From positions 16,944-80,943 of the IMG/VR virus record IMGVR_UViG_3300048858_000027: a stretch of DNA of 64,000 nucleotides, one strand, 5' to 3'. The notes beneath the pieces are model-generated. The model saw only the letters and a list, made by a program, of their open reading frames with translations, did not search any database and had not been told where the DNA came from. Origin of the DNA: a virus (taxonomy: Duplodnaviria; Caudoviricetes). The position numbers and the translations under genes are program-made. This document shows positions 52,322-59,058 of the stretch, piece after piece. Positions within the stretch are counted from its first letter, which is position 1, and every line of letters begins with the position of its first letter.

Positions 52322-52560
52322 TCCGCAATCTCCACGCTGATGATCTTGTCCAGGGCGATGAACATGACCTTGCGGCTCATGCAGATCGGCTGGGCGCCGT
52401 GGTATTCAGCAATAACTTCGCAGTGGACCACCCCATCCTTCGGGCGATGGGGCGACACATCCAGCCTCCGCCCATCGGCCAGGGTGAGGAGCACGGAGTA
52501 GCCATCGCCGTATTCGCTCTTGTCCGCCCAGTTCATGAAGGACGTGAGGATGTCAGCCAT
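52318..52560 (-). CDS. Hypothetical protein (Sm-like beta pattern possible)
   Basis: 80 aa, beta-rich; ends FIALDKIISVE; preceded by hairpin ATCCT-AGGC-AGGAT at 52569-52582. Confidence 0.6.
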   Translation of the reverse strand: MADILTSFMNWADKSEYGDGYSVLLTLADGRRLDVSPHRPKDGVVHCEVIAEYHGAQPICMSRKVMFIALDKIISVEIAE

Positions 52561-52945
52561 TCTCATGAATCCTGCCTAGGATGACCCTCGCCAGTTCCGC
52601 CCGATCACGCAGGGACAGGATGTAGTCGAGGTTCGGGTTCTCGCCGTGGACGTGGACCAGACGATCCGCGATCCAGTTCAGGAAGTCGGGCAGCTTGGTC
52701 GGCCCGCCCTCCAGCAGCAGGAGCAGGGACATGCGCTCGTCCCACACCCGGTCCTCTGGACGATCCAGATATGCCAGGCTGTCGCAGGCGGGGCAGCGGC
52801 CCGCCGGAGATGGGCATCCGGGGTTGAGGGAACATCCGCCAATGATTCCGAGATCTTCCAGCGGACCCTTCCAGTCGCAGTTCCCGCAGGCGCAGGGGGT
52901 GCTGTCGTCGGTCGGGTAGGCGATGTGGGCGGAGTAGGTGCTCAT
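52553..52945 (-). CDS. Zn-finger hypothetical protein
   Basis: CGNCDW...PAGRCPACDSLAY; PDFLNWIADRLVHVHGE. Confidence 0.7.
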   Translation of the reverse strand: MSTYSAHIAYPTDDSTPCACGNCDWKGPLEDLGIIGGCSLNPGCPSPAGRCPACDSLAYLDRPEDRVWDERMSLLLLLEGGPTKLPDFLNWIADRLVHVHGENPNLDYILSLRDRAELARVILGRIHENG

Positions 52946-53169
52946 GACTGATCCACCACTTCCCAGCTTACCGGATTGCCCGACGCCACGCGGCGCACCT
53001 TGCCCCGCCGGAGCAGACCCTTCAGGACCAGGTGGGCGCGCGGGGTGGGCAGGCCAGCAGCGTAGGCGATGTCCTTCGTCCACATCGCACCCTCCTTCCG
53101 CCACTTGTGCATGAGGCCGAACACTCGGTCGTAATCCGGGTGTGGCTGTGGGGAGAGCTTACGAGGCAT
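52942..53169 (-). CDS. Small winged-helix protein
   Basis: TKDIAYAAGLPTPRAHLVLKGLLRRGKVRR...WEV. Confidence 0.6.
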   Translation of the reverse strand: MPRKLSPQPHPDYDRVFGLMHKWRKEGAMWTKDIAYAAGLPTPRAHLVLKGLLRRGKVRRVASGNPVSWEVVDQS

Positions 53170-53605
53170 CAAGCATCGCCTGCGGAGCCGGGCGCCGCAG
53201 GATCTCCAGGAGCTGGGCGGCTTCCGGGTTGGTCTTCGCCAGGTTCTCGAAGACCTGCATCTCGGCCTGGTCCTCGATCATCTGCTTCAGCTTGGTGCGG
53301 GCGTCCTTGCGTGCGACCTCGACCGCCATGATCTGGTCGCGCAGCACCTTGCGGGCGTGCAGCAGCTTCTTGGACACCAGCATGAGGTAGGGCTTGGTCG
53401 CCTTGTGCTTCGCACCCTCGACGGCCAGGCCGATGACGGTCGCGAACTTGGGCTCCCGGACATCCTCGAAGCCGTTGAAGCGGTTGCGGACACATTCCTC
53501 GAAGCTGGTGATGATGAAATCACCGATCTCGGGCTTGTCCCCCGGCGGGGCGAAATAGTCGTAGTTGTTGGGGCCGGAGGGGAACTGAACGCGGACGACT
53601 TGCAT
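53159..53605 (-). CDS. Hypothetical protein
   Basis: VVRVQFPSG..YDYF, C-terminal LAKTNPEAAQLLE; preceded by SD-hairpin. Confidence 0.8.
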   Translation of the reverse strand: MQVVRVQFPSGPNNYDYFAPPGDKPEIGDFIITSFEECVRNRFNGFEDVREPKFATVIGLAVEGAKHKATKPYLMLVSKKLLHARKVLRDQIMAVEVARKDARTKLKQMIEDQAEMQVFENLAKTNPEAAQLLEILRRPAPQAMLDAS

Positions 53606-53613
53606 GTTGGTTT

Positions 53614-53627
53614 GATCCTTGCGGATT
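53614..53627 (-). promoter_or_regulatory. SD-hairpin (AATCC-GCAA-GGATC)
   Basis: 8 nt before ATG 53605. Confidence 0.75.
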
Positions 53628-53642
53628 GGGTTGGAGGGTTGG

Positions 53643-53783
53643 TTATTTCGGCTGGGGCGTTACGCCCACCACGCGGACGTATTCGCCCGTAGTGTTGTCC
53701 TGGATGTAGACGACATCGCCCCGAGCCAACGCTTCGATGACGTGCTGGAGCATGAGGCGGGTTTTGCCCATTTGCTGGGTCAT
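53643..53783 (-). CDS. Small hypothetical protein (46 aa, not in ORF track)
   Basis: MTQQMGKTRLMLQHVIEALARGDVVYIQDNTTGEYVRVVGVTPQPK; ATG overlaps upstream TGA. Confidence 0.5.
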   Translation of the reverse strand: MTQQMGKTRLMLQHVIEALARGDVVYIQDNTTGEYVRVVGVTPQPK

Positions 53784-53980
53784 TTGCGGTTCGCTCTCCG
53801 CGCCATGCGCTGTGCCTTCTGCGCAGCCTTCTTCGGGTTCACCCGCTTCTTGGGCGCGGGAGGTGTCCAGACAGGCGGAGCGTAGTAACGCTCACGCCGC
53901 ATCGGAGGGATCGGAGGGATGCCACACATTGCTGCAGCCAGTGCGTAGACGGTCAGCGGAGGGAGTTTAGTTTGCAGCAT
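53780..53980 (-). CDS. Small Pro/Arg/Lys-rich protein
   Basis: C-terminal KKRVNPKKAAQKAQRMARRANRK. Confidence 0.6.
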   Translation of the reverse strand: MLQTKLPPLTVYALAAAMCGIPPIPPMRRERYYAPPVWTPPAPKKRVNPKKAAQKAQRMARRANRK

Positions 53981-54158
53981 TCTTCAGAGCCTCCTTGCCC
54001 TCGGGCGTGATCCGCCAGCCGCGGCCGTCATAGTCAGCCAGCCCCCGCTCCAGGAGCTGCCAGCACTTCGCGTCCGAGATCGGGTAGGTCCATGACGGGC
54101 CGAGCGCGGCCAGCTCAGCCAGGCGACGAAGGCGCGGGAGGCGAAGGGAGCGGGTCAT
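53967..54158 (-). CDS. Small winged-helix-like protein
   Basis: CWQLLERGLADYDGRGWRITPEGKEAL. Confidence 0.6.
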   Translation of the reverse strand: MTRSLRLPRLRRLAELAALGPSWTYPISDAKCWQLLERGLADYDGRGWRITPEGKEALKNAAN

Positions 54159-54712
54159 GCCAGCAGCTCCCCCAGGATCTGATGACCCAGACCCGACTCG
54201 CCCCGCTCGTGCTCCATGAAGGCGAGGGCGTAGAGTTCGTGGTCGTCCTTCAGCACCACGGTGATGGTGTCGTTCCAGGAAGAACGCAGCATACCCCTCC
54301 AGCGAGTGTTCCAGGCCCGCTGGAATGCCTTGCGCACATCAATCCGTATCTCGGTGTGGAAATCGGCGTGAGGCGCGTGGTCCTGTGCGATCCGAGCCAG
54401 CTTCAGAGCGAACTCACCATGCGTGCCGAGCATGGCGGCGGGGTTACGCAGGAAGTCAGCCGGGCTGCGCCCGCTGTCGTTCACGGCGGCCAGCATCGCT
54501 GCCTCGAAGCGCGTGATGCCGAGGACACGGGCGACTGCCTCCTCGGCTTCCTCCTGGGTGGTGCGCATCAGCTCATCATCCGAGAACCCGGCGACATGCA
54601 GAACATCACCCTGCGCACAGTGAGTGCATGTGTTTTCGTCGAAGAGGGTGTAGGTGGCGAAGCGAGGCGCGTCGGGGCCGGTCCAGCGCGCGATGATGTC
54701 CTGGATATTCAC
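54155..54712 (-). CDS. Hypothetical protein (paralogue of 54709-55251)
   Basis: IARWTGPDAPRFATYTLFD...CAQGDVLHVAG...VLGITRFE...VND. Confidence 0.8.
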   Translation of the reverse strand: MNIQDIIARWTGPDAPRFATYTLFDENTCTHCAQGDVLHVAGFSDDELMRTTQEEAEEAVARVLGITRFEAAMLAAVNDSGRSPADFLRNPAAMLGTHGEFALKLARIAQDHAPHADFHTEIRIDVRKAFQRAWNTRWRGMLRSSWNDTITVVLKDDHELYALAFMEHERGESGLGHQILGELLA

Positions 54713-55251
54713 AGGTGCGCCTCCAGAACCCGGTGCCCATAGCCGGGCAGGTCTGTCACGGCTTCACGCAGGGTGAGGGCGTAGATGATGGGGTAGTTGT
54801 CGTGACGGAGTGCCCGCCACATGCATTCCTCGACCTCAGTGGCGTAGGGCAGGTACGCGAAACGAGCCTGCGCCGTGATCGGGTCGTAGTCGAGGAGCGG
54901 GTAGGTCTCCGCGAGATGCGCCAGCTTCAGTGCGAAGGGATAGTGCGGGCCGCACAGCTTGATCGGGTCGGCCAGGAACTCCGCGGCCGAGGTGGTGCCG
55001 ATGTGATCATTGACCCGCCGGATCATGATGCTCTCGAAGATGGTGATGCCGAGGATGTTGGCCACTTCCTGATCTGCCCAGCGCTGCTGGGCCTTGTTCA
55101 GAAAGTCCTTCGAGAGCCCGGCCAGATGCAAGATGTCGCCCTGCGCGCAGAAGCAGTCGCTGTTCGGATCGTAGAGCGTGCATTGCGCGAGGCGGGGCGC
55201 GTCGGGGGAGGTCCAGCGCTCGATGAGAGCGGGGATGGTGATGGTGGTCAT
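54709..55251 (-). CDS. Hypothetical protein (paralogue of 54155-54712)
   Basis: IERWTSPDAPRLAQCTLYD...CAQGDILHLAG...ILGITIFE...VND. Confidence 0.8.
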   Translation of the reverse strand: MTTITIPALIERWTSPDAPRLAQCTLYDPNSDCFCAQGDILHLAGLSKDFLNKAQQRWADQEVANILGITIFESIMIRRVNDHIGTTSAAEFLADPIKLCGPHYPFALKLAHLAETYPLLDYDPITAQARFAYLPYATEVEECMWRALRHDNYPIIYALTLREAVTDLPGYGHRVLEAHL

Positions 55252-55260
55252 GGAATGGAT

Positions 55261-55274
55261 GATCCTTGCGGATT
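55261..55274 (-). promoter_or_regulatory. SD-hairpin (AATCC-GCAA-GGATC)
   Basis: 9 nt before ATG 55251. Confidence 0.75.
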
Positions 55275-55283
55275 AGAGGGGTG

Positions 55284-55454
55284 TCAGAACCAGGCTGCGA
55301 GGTTGTCGATGTCCGCACCCAAAGCCTGAAGGATTCGCGATTGTTCGCGGACCCTCCTGAGCAAGTAGGCCAGCAGAACCTGCATCTCGTCCTGGGTCAG
55401 AGGTATGCCCTCATCGAGAGCATGGATTGCCTCGTTAATGGTGTGAGCGTCCAT
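55284..55454 (-). CDS. Small hypothetical protein
   Basis: 56 aa, TGATG coupling. Confidence 0.55.
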   Translation of the reverse strand: MDAHTINEAIHALDEGIPLTQDEMQVLLAYLLRRVREQSRILQALGADIDNLAAWF

Positions 55455-55642
55455 CAGAACCAGTCCCAGGTCTTCTTCAGATCGTCCCACCAGCGCGCCA
55501 GCCAGGTGCCCGAATGACCAGGCCAGCCCATGAACCGCGCCACGCTGTCGGGGGTCTCACCCGAAGGGACGTTGTTGAATTGGAGGAGGTGGTTCATGCG
55601 ACCGTTGCGCGACTGCCAACGGTAGACGTGTTGGTAGGACAT
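55454..55642 (-). CDS. Small Trp-rich hypothetical protein
   Basis: 62 aa. Confidence 0.55.
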   Translation of the reverse strand: MSYQHVYRWQSRNGRMNHLLQFNNVPSGETPDSVARFMGWPGHSGTWLARWWDDLKKTWDWF

Positions 55643-55645
55643 GGA

Positions 55646-55891
55646 TCAGACGCTCAGCTTGATGCTGATGGTGGTGCCGGCGGGGACGATCTGGATCTGG
55701 TGGTGATGCCCGTTTTGGGTATCGAAGGTGGTCTCGGGGTCCATCAGGCTCACGAAACCATCGTAGGTCCGCATCACGATGTGACCCTTGTAGGTTTGGG
55801 AGATGATCTCCCCGACCTGGCCTACCTTGAGATCCTCCAAGGTGGGTGGGTTGCGGGAAGGGAGAGCGGGGGTGACGGTGAGGTGGTGCAT
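55646..55891 (-). CDS. Hypothetical protein
   Basis: 81 aa, preceded by SD-hairpin. Confidence 0.7.
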   Translation of the reverse strand: MHHLTVTPALPSRNPPTLEDLKVGQVGEIISQTYKGHIVMRTYDGFVSLMDPETTFDTQNGHHHQIQIVPAGTTISIKLSV

Positions 55892-55900
55892 GGGGCAGGT

Positions 55901-55914
55901 GATCCTTGCGGATT
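55901..55914 (-). promoter_or_regulatory. SD-hairpin (AATCC-GCAA-GGATC)
   Basis: 9 nt before ATG 55891. Confidence 0.75.
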
Positions 55915-56137
55915 AGGAAGCGGTGAGGCCCGCGGTGCGTTCGATGCGGCGCAGGAGGTTGATGCTGCAAGCCATGTGGTGCATGGCGAGGCGGCGATGC
56001 TCCTTGCCCCCGGCCCACGCCGGCACCTTGTTGGCCTCGCGCAGATCGCTTGAGGCCCGGACGACCAGCATCCAGATGCTGTCGGAGCAGTAGCGGGGGA
56101 GGCGGCGGGCACGCTGGGCCAGGGTGAGCTTGAGCAT
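55913..56137 (-). CDS. Basic hypothetical protein
   Basis: 74 aa, preceded by SD-hairpin. Confidence 0.7.
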   Translation of the reverse strand: MLKLTLAQRARRLPRYCSDSIWMLVVRASSDLREANKVPAWAGGKEHRRLAMHHMACSINLLRRIERTAGLTAS

Positions 56138-56140
56138 AGG

Positions 56141-56154
56141 GATCCTCTCGGATT
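56141..56154 (-). promoter_or_regulatory. SD-hairpin (AATCC-GAGA-GGATC)
   Basis: 3 nt before ATG 56137; GNRA loop. Confidence 0.7.
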
Positions 56155-56182
56155 GGGTGGCAAGTATTCGTGTGGACGAATA

Positions 56183-56383
56183 CTAGGTGTTTACTGTTGG
56201 TGTGGTGAGGCGGACGGCTTCCCAGACGACCTGGAACAGCACCTGGTTGGTGGGCTCGATGCCATCCTCGATCTGACGGAGGAGCAGTCGCAGCTCACGG
56301 AGGATGAGGGGTGTGAGGGTCGTGGAGGGCCTCCAGGGTTCAGGGGGTGGTGGGGATACCGAGCCAGGCTTTGATGGCGTCAC
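56183..56383 (-). CDS. Small hypothetical protein
   Basis: 66 aa, start uncertain. Confidence 0.45.
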   Translation of the reverse strand: MTPSKPGSVSPPPPEPWRPSTTLTPLILRELRLLLRQIEDGIEPTNQVLFQVVWEAVRLTTPTVNT

Positions 56384-57080
56384 GCCAGGGTTTGTCGGTG
56401 TCCAGGCGGAAGTCTGGATCGGAGAGGACTTCCCGGATGACGGCGGGGGGCAGGCCGACCTCCTCCCACTCGGTGAACAGGGCCGGGATGTCGGGCTCAG
56501 GATGCCTCAGCGTGTAGCTGAGGATGTCGTCCCGCACGTCAGCAGCCGTGACGCCGCTGGTGTCGATGGTGGGGGGCTGGAGGGCCGCGAAAGGCACCGG
56601 AGAGTGGACACAGAAGGGGTTGCAGCAGCGCCCGTGGTCCTGGTGCCGGTAGTGGCACCGGATCAGGCTGATGCGCTGCTTGCCGACCACCTTGGCGCCG
56701 TTCTCGAAGCGGGTGGTGGAGGTGGTGCGCAGGTTGAGGTCAGGGAACTCGTGGCCCCGAAAGTGGATCACCAGCGCGCGGTAGAGGGAGAACACACGAC
56801 GATCCATCCACACGCTGGGCTCGATCTCCCGCGGCCGAGGACGATAGGTGGTCATGTGCGGAGACGGCACGATGTTGCCGTCACGACGCATCCGAGCATT
56901 CCGCATGTAGGGCCTGGGAGCGCCATTGGGCAGCAGGCGCTTGGACGCGGCACCGCCCTTAGCATTCAAGACGTGCCGCGGGGCGGTCCAGAACCAGTGC
57001 TCGTCGCGGTTGGTGGATGAGAGCCTCGCCAACCAGGACGGCGGCGGGATGACCGGAGTGGGGATCGTGGGGAAGATCAT
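56340..57080 (-). CDS. Degenerate HNH / His-Me finger-like protein
   Basis: HWFWT...YRALVIHFRG...CHYRHQDHGRCCNPFCV resembles the phage HNH W.WTG...HR.AY...H.C.N..CCNP.HL scaffold with the last His missing. Confidence 0.5.
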   Translation of the reverse strand: MIFPTIPTPVIPPPSWLARLSSTNRDEHWFWTAPRHVLNAKGGAASKRLLPNGAPRPYMRNARMRRDGNIVPSPHMTTYRPRPREIEPSVWMDRRVFSLYRALVIHFRGHEFPDLNLRTTSTTRFENGAKVVGKQRISLIRCHYRHQDHGRCCNPFCVHSPVPFAALQPPTIDTSGVTAADVRDDILSYTLRHPEPDIPALFTEWEEVGLPPAVIREVLSDPDFRLDTDKPWRDAIKAWLGIPTTP

Positions 57081-57089
57081 GGGACAGGT

Positions 57090-57630
57090 GATGCCTGTGG
57101 ATTGGTTGGAGGTTCAATCGGGAAGTAGGTTCTTGAAGGTTCAGAAATAAGATTGGGCGCGGGAGGGTGCCGCGAGGGTGTCTGAAGACCCTATTTCTGA
57201 CACACCCTAACTCAGCCCTTAGAGACCAGTAATACTGAACCTTCAAAACTGTGAAATAGGGTTATTGAATACTCATTATTCTTGGTTCCGAGCTAGCTAT
57301 TTAGGTTGTTACAGAAGTAGTATAACAAACAATCATTAATCCCTTCAGGATTGGAGGGAGAGGATTAATGATTGCTCGTTAAACCACCAATTCCTGGCTG
57401 AATGTGCCGAAATACGGTTATTGATGGTTCAATATTGGCCAAAACCGCGATTTTGGGTTTATGAATGGTCAATATAAGCTGATTACTGACCATTCAGAAA
57501 GCGATGTGATTATCGACCAGTCGATATAGCCCTTATTCTGACCATTCAAAAATGAGCTTGAATATCGAATGGTCGAAATAAGGGCTATCTTGAAGGATCA
57601 AGATAGCCCTCTGATTACTGAAGGTTCAGT
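57090..57630. promoter_or_regulatory. AT-rich master control region / candidate origin with nine TGA-N4-TCA boxes
   Basis: Boxes at 57134, 57236, 57266, 57422, 57462, 57487, 57539, 57591, 57619; direct repeats GAAATASGGTTATTGA (57253, 57409) and GATTACTGA (57481, 57613); several inverted repeats; roughly 40% GC by eye. Confidence 0.8.
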
Positions 57631-57809
57631 CTCTCCAGCACCGCATCGACGGTCTTCTCGACCTTGCCAACCCGTTCATATCGGGTCTCGGTGATCTGAC
57701 GGCGGAGACCGAACCGCTCCACTCCCTTGGGGTAGAGGATCTGGGTGACGATGTGGCCGTTGTGGTGGTGGATCTCGTTGACAGAGATCGGACGCTGAGG
57801 ATTGCGCAT
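57615..57809 (-). CDS. Small basic hypothetical protein
   Basis: 64 aa ending inside the control region. Confidence 0.6.
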   Translation of the reverse strand: MRNPQRPISVNEIHHHNGHIVTQILYPKGVERFGLRRQITETRYERVGKVEKTVDAVLERLNLQ

Positions 57810-57877
57810 TTAGAGTATCCGTAAGTAGTTTCATGAACAGGATGAGGGCCATTCGGCCCTCATAAGTAAACCTGTTC

Positions 57878-58432
57878 TTACCTCATCCTACGGCCTCCCC
57901 TTACCGGAGCCTGATGGGCATGGAGCCACACCATCCGCCGCTCGAACTGAGGAGCCCCTTCGGCTTCCCGGAACATCTGACGCACTCGTTCCCTGTTTGC
58001 CATCTCCTCCAGGGCAACGGTGAGGGCTTCCTGGGCCTTGCTCTCCCGCTTCATGGCCTGCAGCTCGTCATCCACCTCACCCTTGGTGGGGTTCTTGATC
58101 CCGTAGCTCAGCAGCCGCTCCGCAGCCTTGACCCGCCTCGGGTCCGGGCTGTCCGACGCTCTGCCCCGGTCCACCGGGTCACGCTTCTCCTTCACGGAGA
58201 GGATGGTCTCCATCTTCTCCTTGACCACCTCACGGTCATACTGAGCCCGGCGCTGCTCGGGCTTCAGGCCATCCGCATAGGACGGACCCTTCAGACGCTT
58301 GCACTCCCTCTCGGGCACGTCCGCCAGCACACCCACTGGCAGCTCGGGACGCAGGCGCACGCTCGCACCACGCATCGGGGTGCGAAACTCACGCAGATTG
58401 ATGCCCTGGATGGAAGACATGGAATAGGCCAC
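57878..58432 (-). CDS. Hypothetical protein
   Basis: 184 aa, charged; GTG preceded by SD-hairpin. Confidence 0.7.
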   Translation of the reverse strand: MAYSMSSIQGINLREFRTPMRGASVRLRPELPVGVLADVPERECKRLKGPSYADGLKPEQRRAQYDREVVKEKMETILSVKEKRDPVDRGRASDSPDPRRVKAAERLLSYGIKNPTKGEVDDELQAMKRESKAQEALTVALEEMANRERVRQMFREAEGAPQFERRMVWLHAHQAPVRGGRRMR

Positions 58433-58437
58433 AGGAT

Positions 58438-58471
58438 GATCCCCTAGGGATTGAGTGGGTGATTGATTGAG
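58438..58471 (-). promoter_or_regulatory. SD-hairpin (AATCCC-TAG-GGGATC) with CTCAATCAATCACCCACTCAATCC
   Basis: 5 nt before GTG 58432. Confidence 0.7.
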
Positions 58472-58810
58472 TTAGACGCGCCCGCGGACGACCAGCGCCC
58501 CCGCCTGCCTCTGGACCACGCGCTGGTTCACGCGCGCCCGCTCCCTCTCGGTCAGCACCACACGCTGACGCCAGTAGCTCTTGCGCACAAACCACGCACT
58601 ATGCGCCAGGTCGAACAGGGACGCGCTGGCGAGACCACCCTCGGCACAGCAATCCAACTGGTCCATCACACGAATGGACAGCCGCAGGGGCGTGTTGATC
58701 ATGCGCCGCTCATGGACCTTGCGCAGCTCGATGCGCATCAAGCGGTAGACCAGGCGCCAGTTCTCCCGCGCGCCCGCCTTATTCTGATGCTTAATCCTGG
58801 AGATAAACAT
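58472..58810 (-). CDS. Arg-rich basic hypothetical protein
   Basis: 112 aa, TGATG coupling. Confidence 0.6.
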   Translation of the reverse strand: MFISRIKHQNKAGARENWRLVYRLMRIELRKVHERRMINTPLRLSIRVMDQLDCCAEGGLASASLFDLAHSAWFVRKSYWRQRVVLTERERARVNQRVVQRQAGALVVRGRV

Positions 58811-59052
58811 CAGTGCATCACCTTCGCGGTCAGAGCCTCGCGATCGGCGCCGATCTTCGCCATCAGGTGGTCGAAGACCTCCTTCAGCGCCAGCGCGTTC
58901 CTGAAGGCCGCCTGCCACTCGGGCGTGCCCGGCATCAGGTCATTCAGCGACTTCATCGCCTCGATAGCCTGGAGATATGGCTCCCGCGCCACCTCCGGCA
59001 GACTCAGCGCCAGAACGTCATCAGGGATTCGTTGCTCGATCACTTTGGGCAT
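58810..59052 (-). CDS. Hypothetical protein
   Basis: 80 aa from ATG 59052, preceded by SD-hairpin. Confidence 0.7.
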   Translation of the reverse strand: MPKVIEQRIPDDVLALSLPEVAREPYLQAIEAMKSLNDLMPGTPEWQAAFRNALALKEVFDHLMAKIGADREALTAKVMH

Positions 59053-59058
59053 CAGGAT

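Noticed and set aside
57581-57610. Protelomerase target (telRL) of a linear phage-plasmid
   Set aside because: The palindrome has only 13-bp arms with a 4-nt non-palindromic centre, much shorter than N15-type sites, and no protelomerase is in the window.
57130-57630. CRISPR array in the repeat-rich AT region
   Set aside because: Repeats are only 10-16 bp, in both orientations, irregularly spaced, and no cas genes are present.
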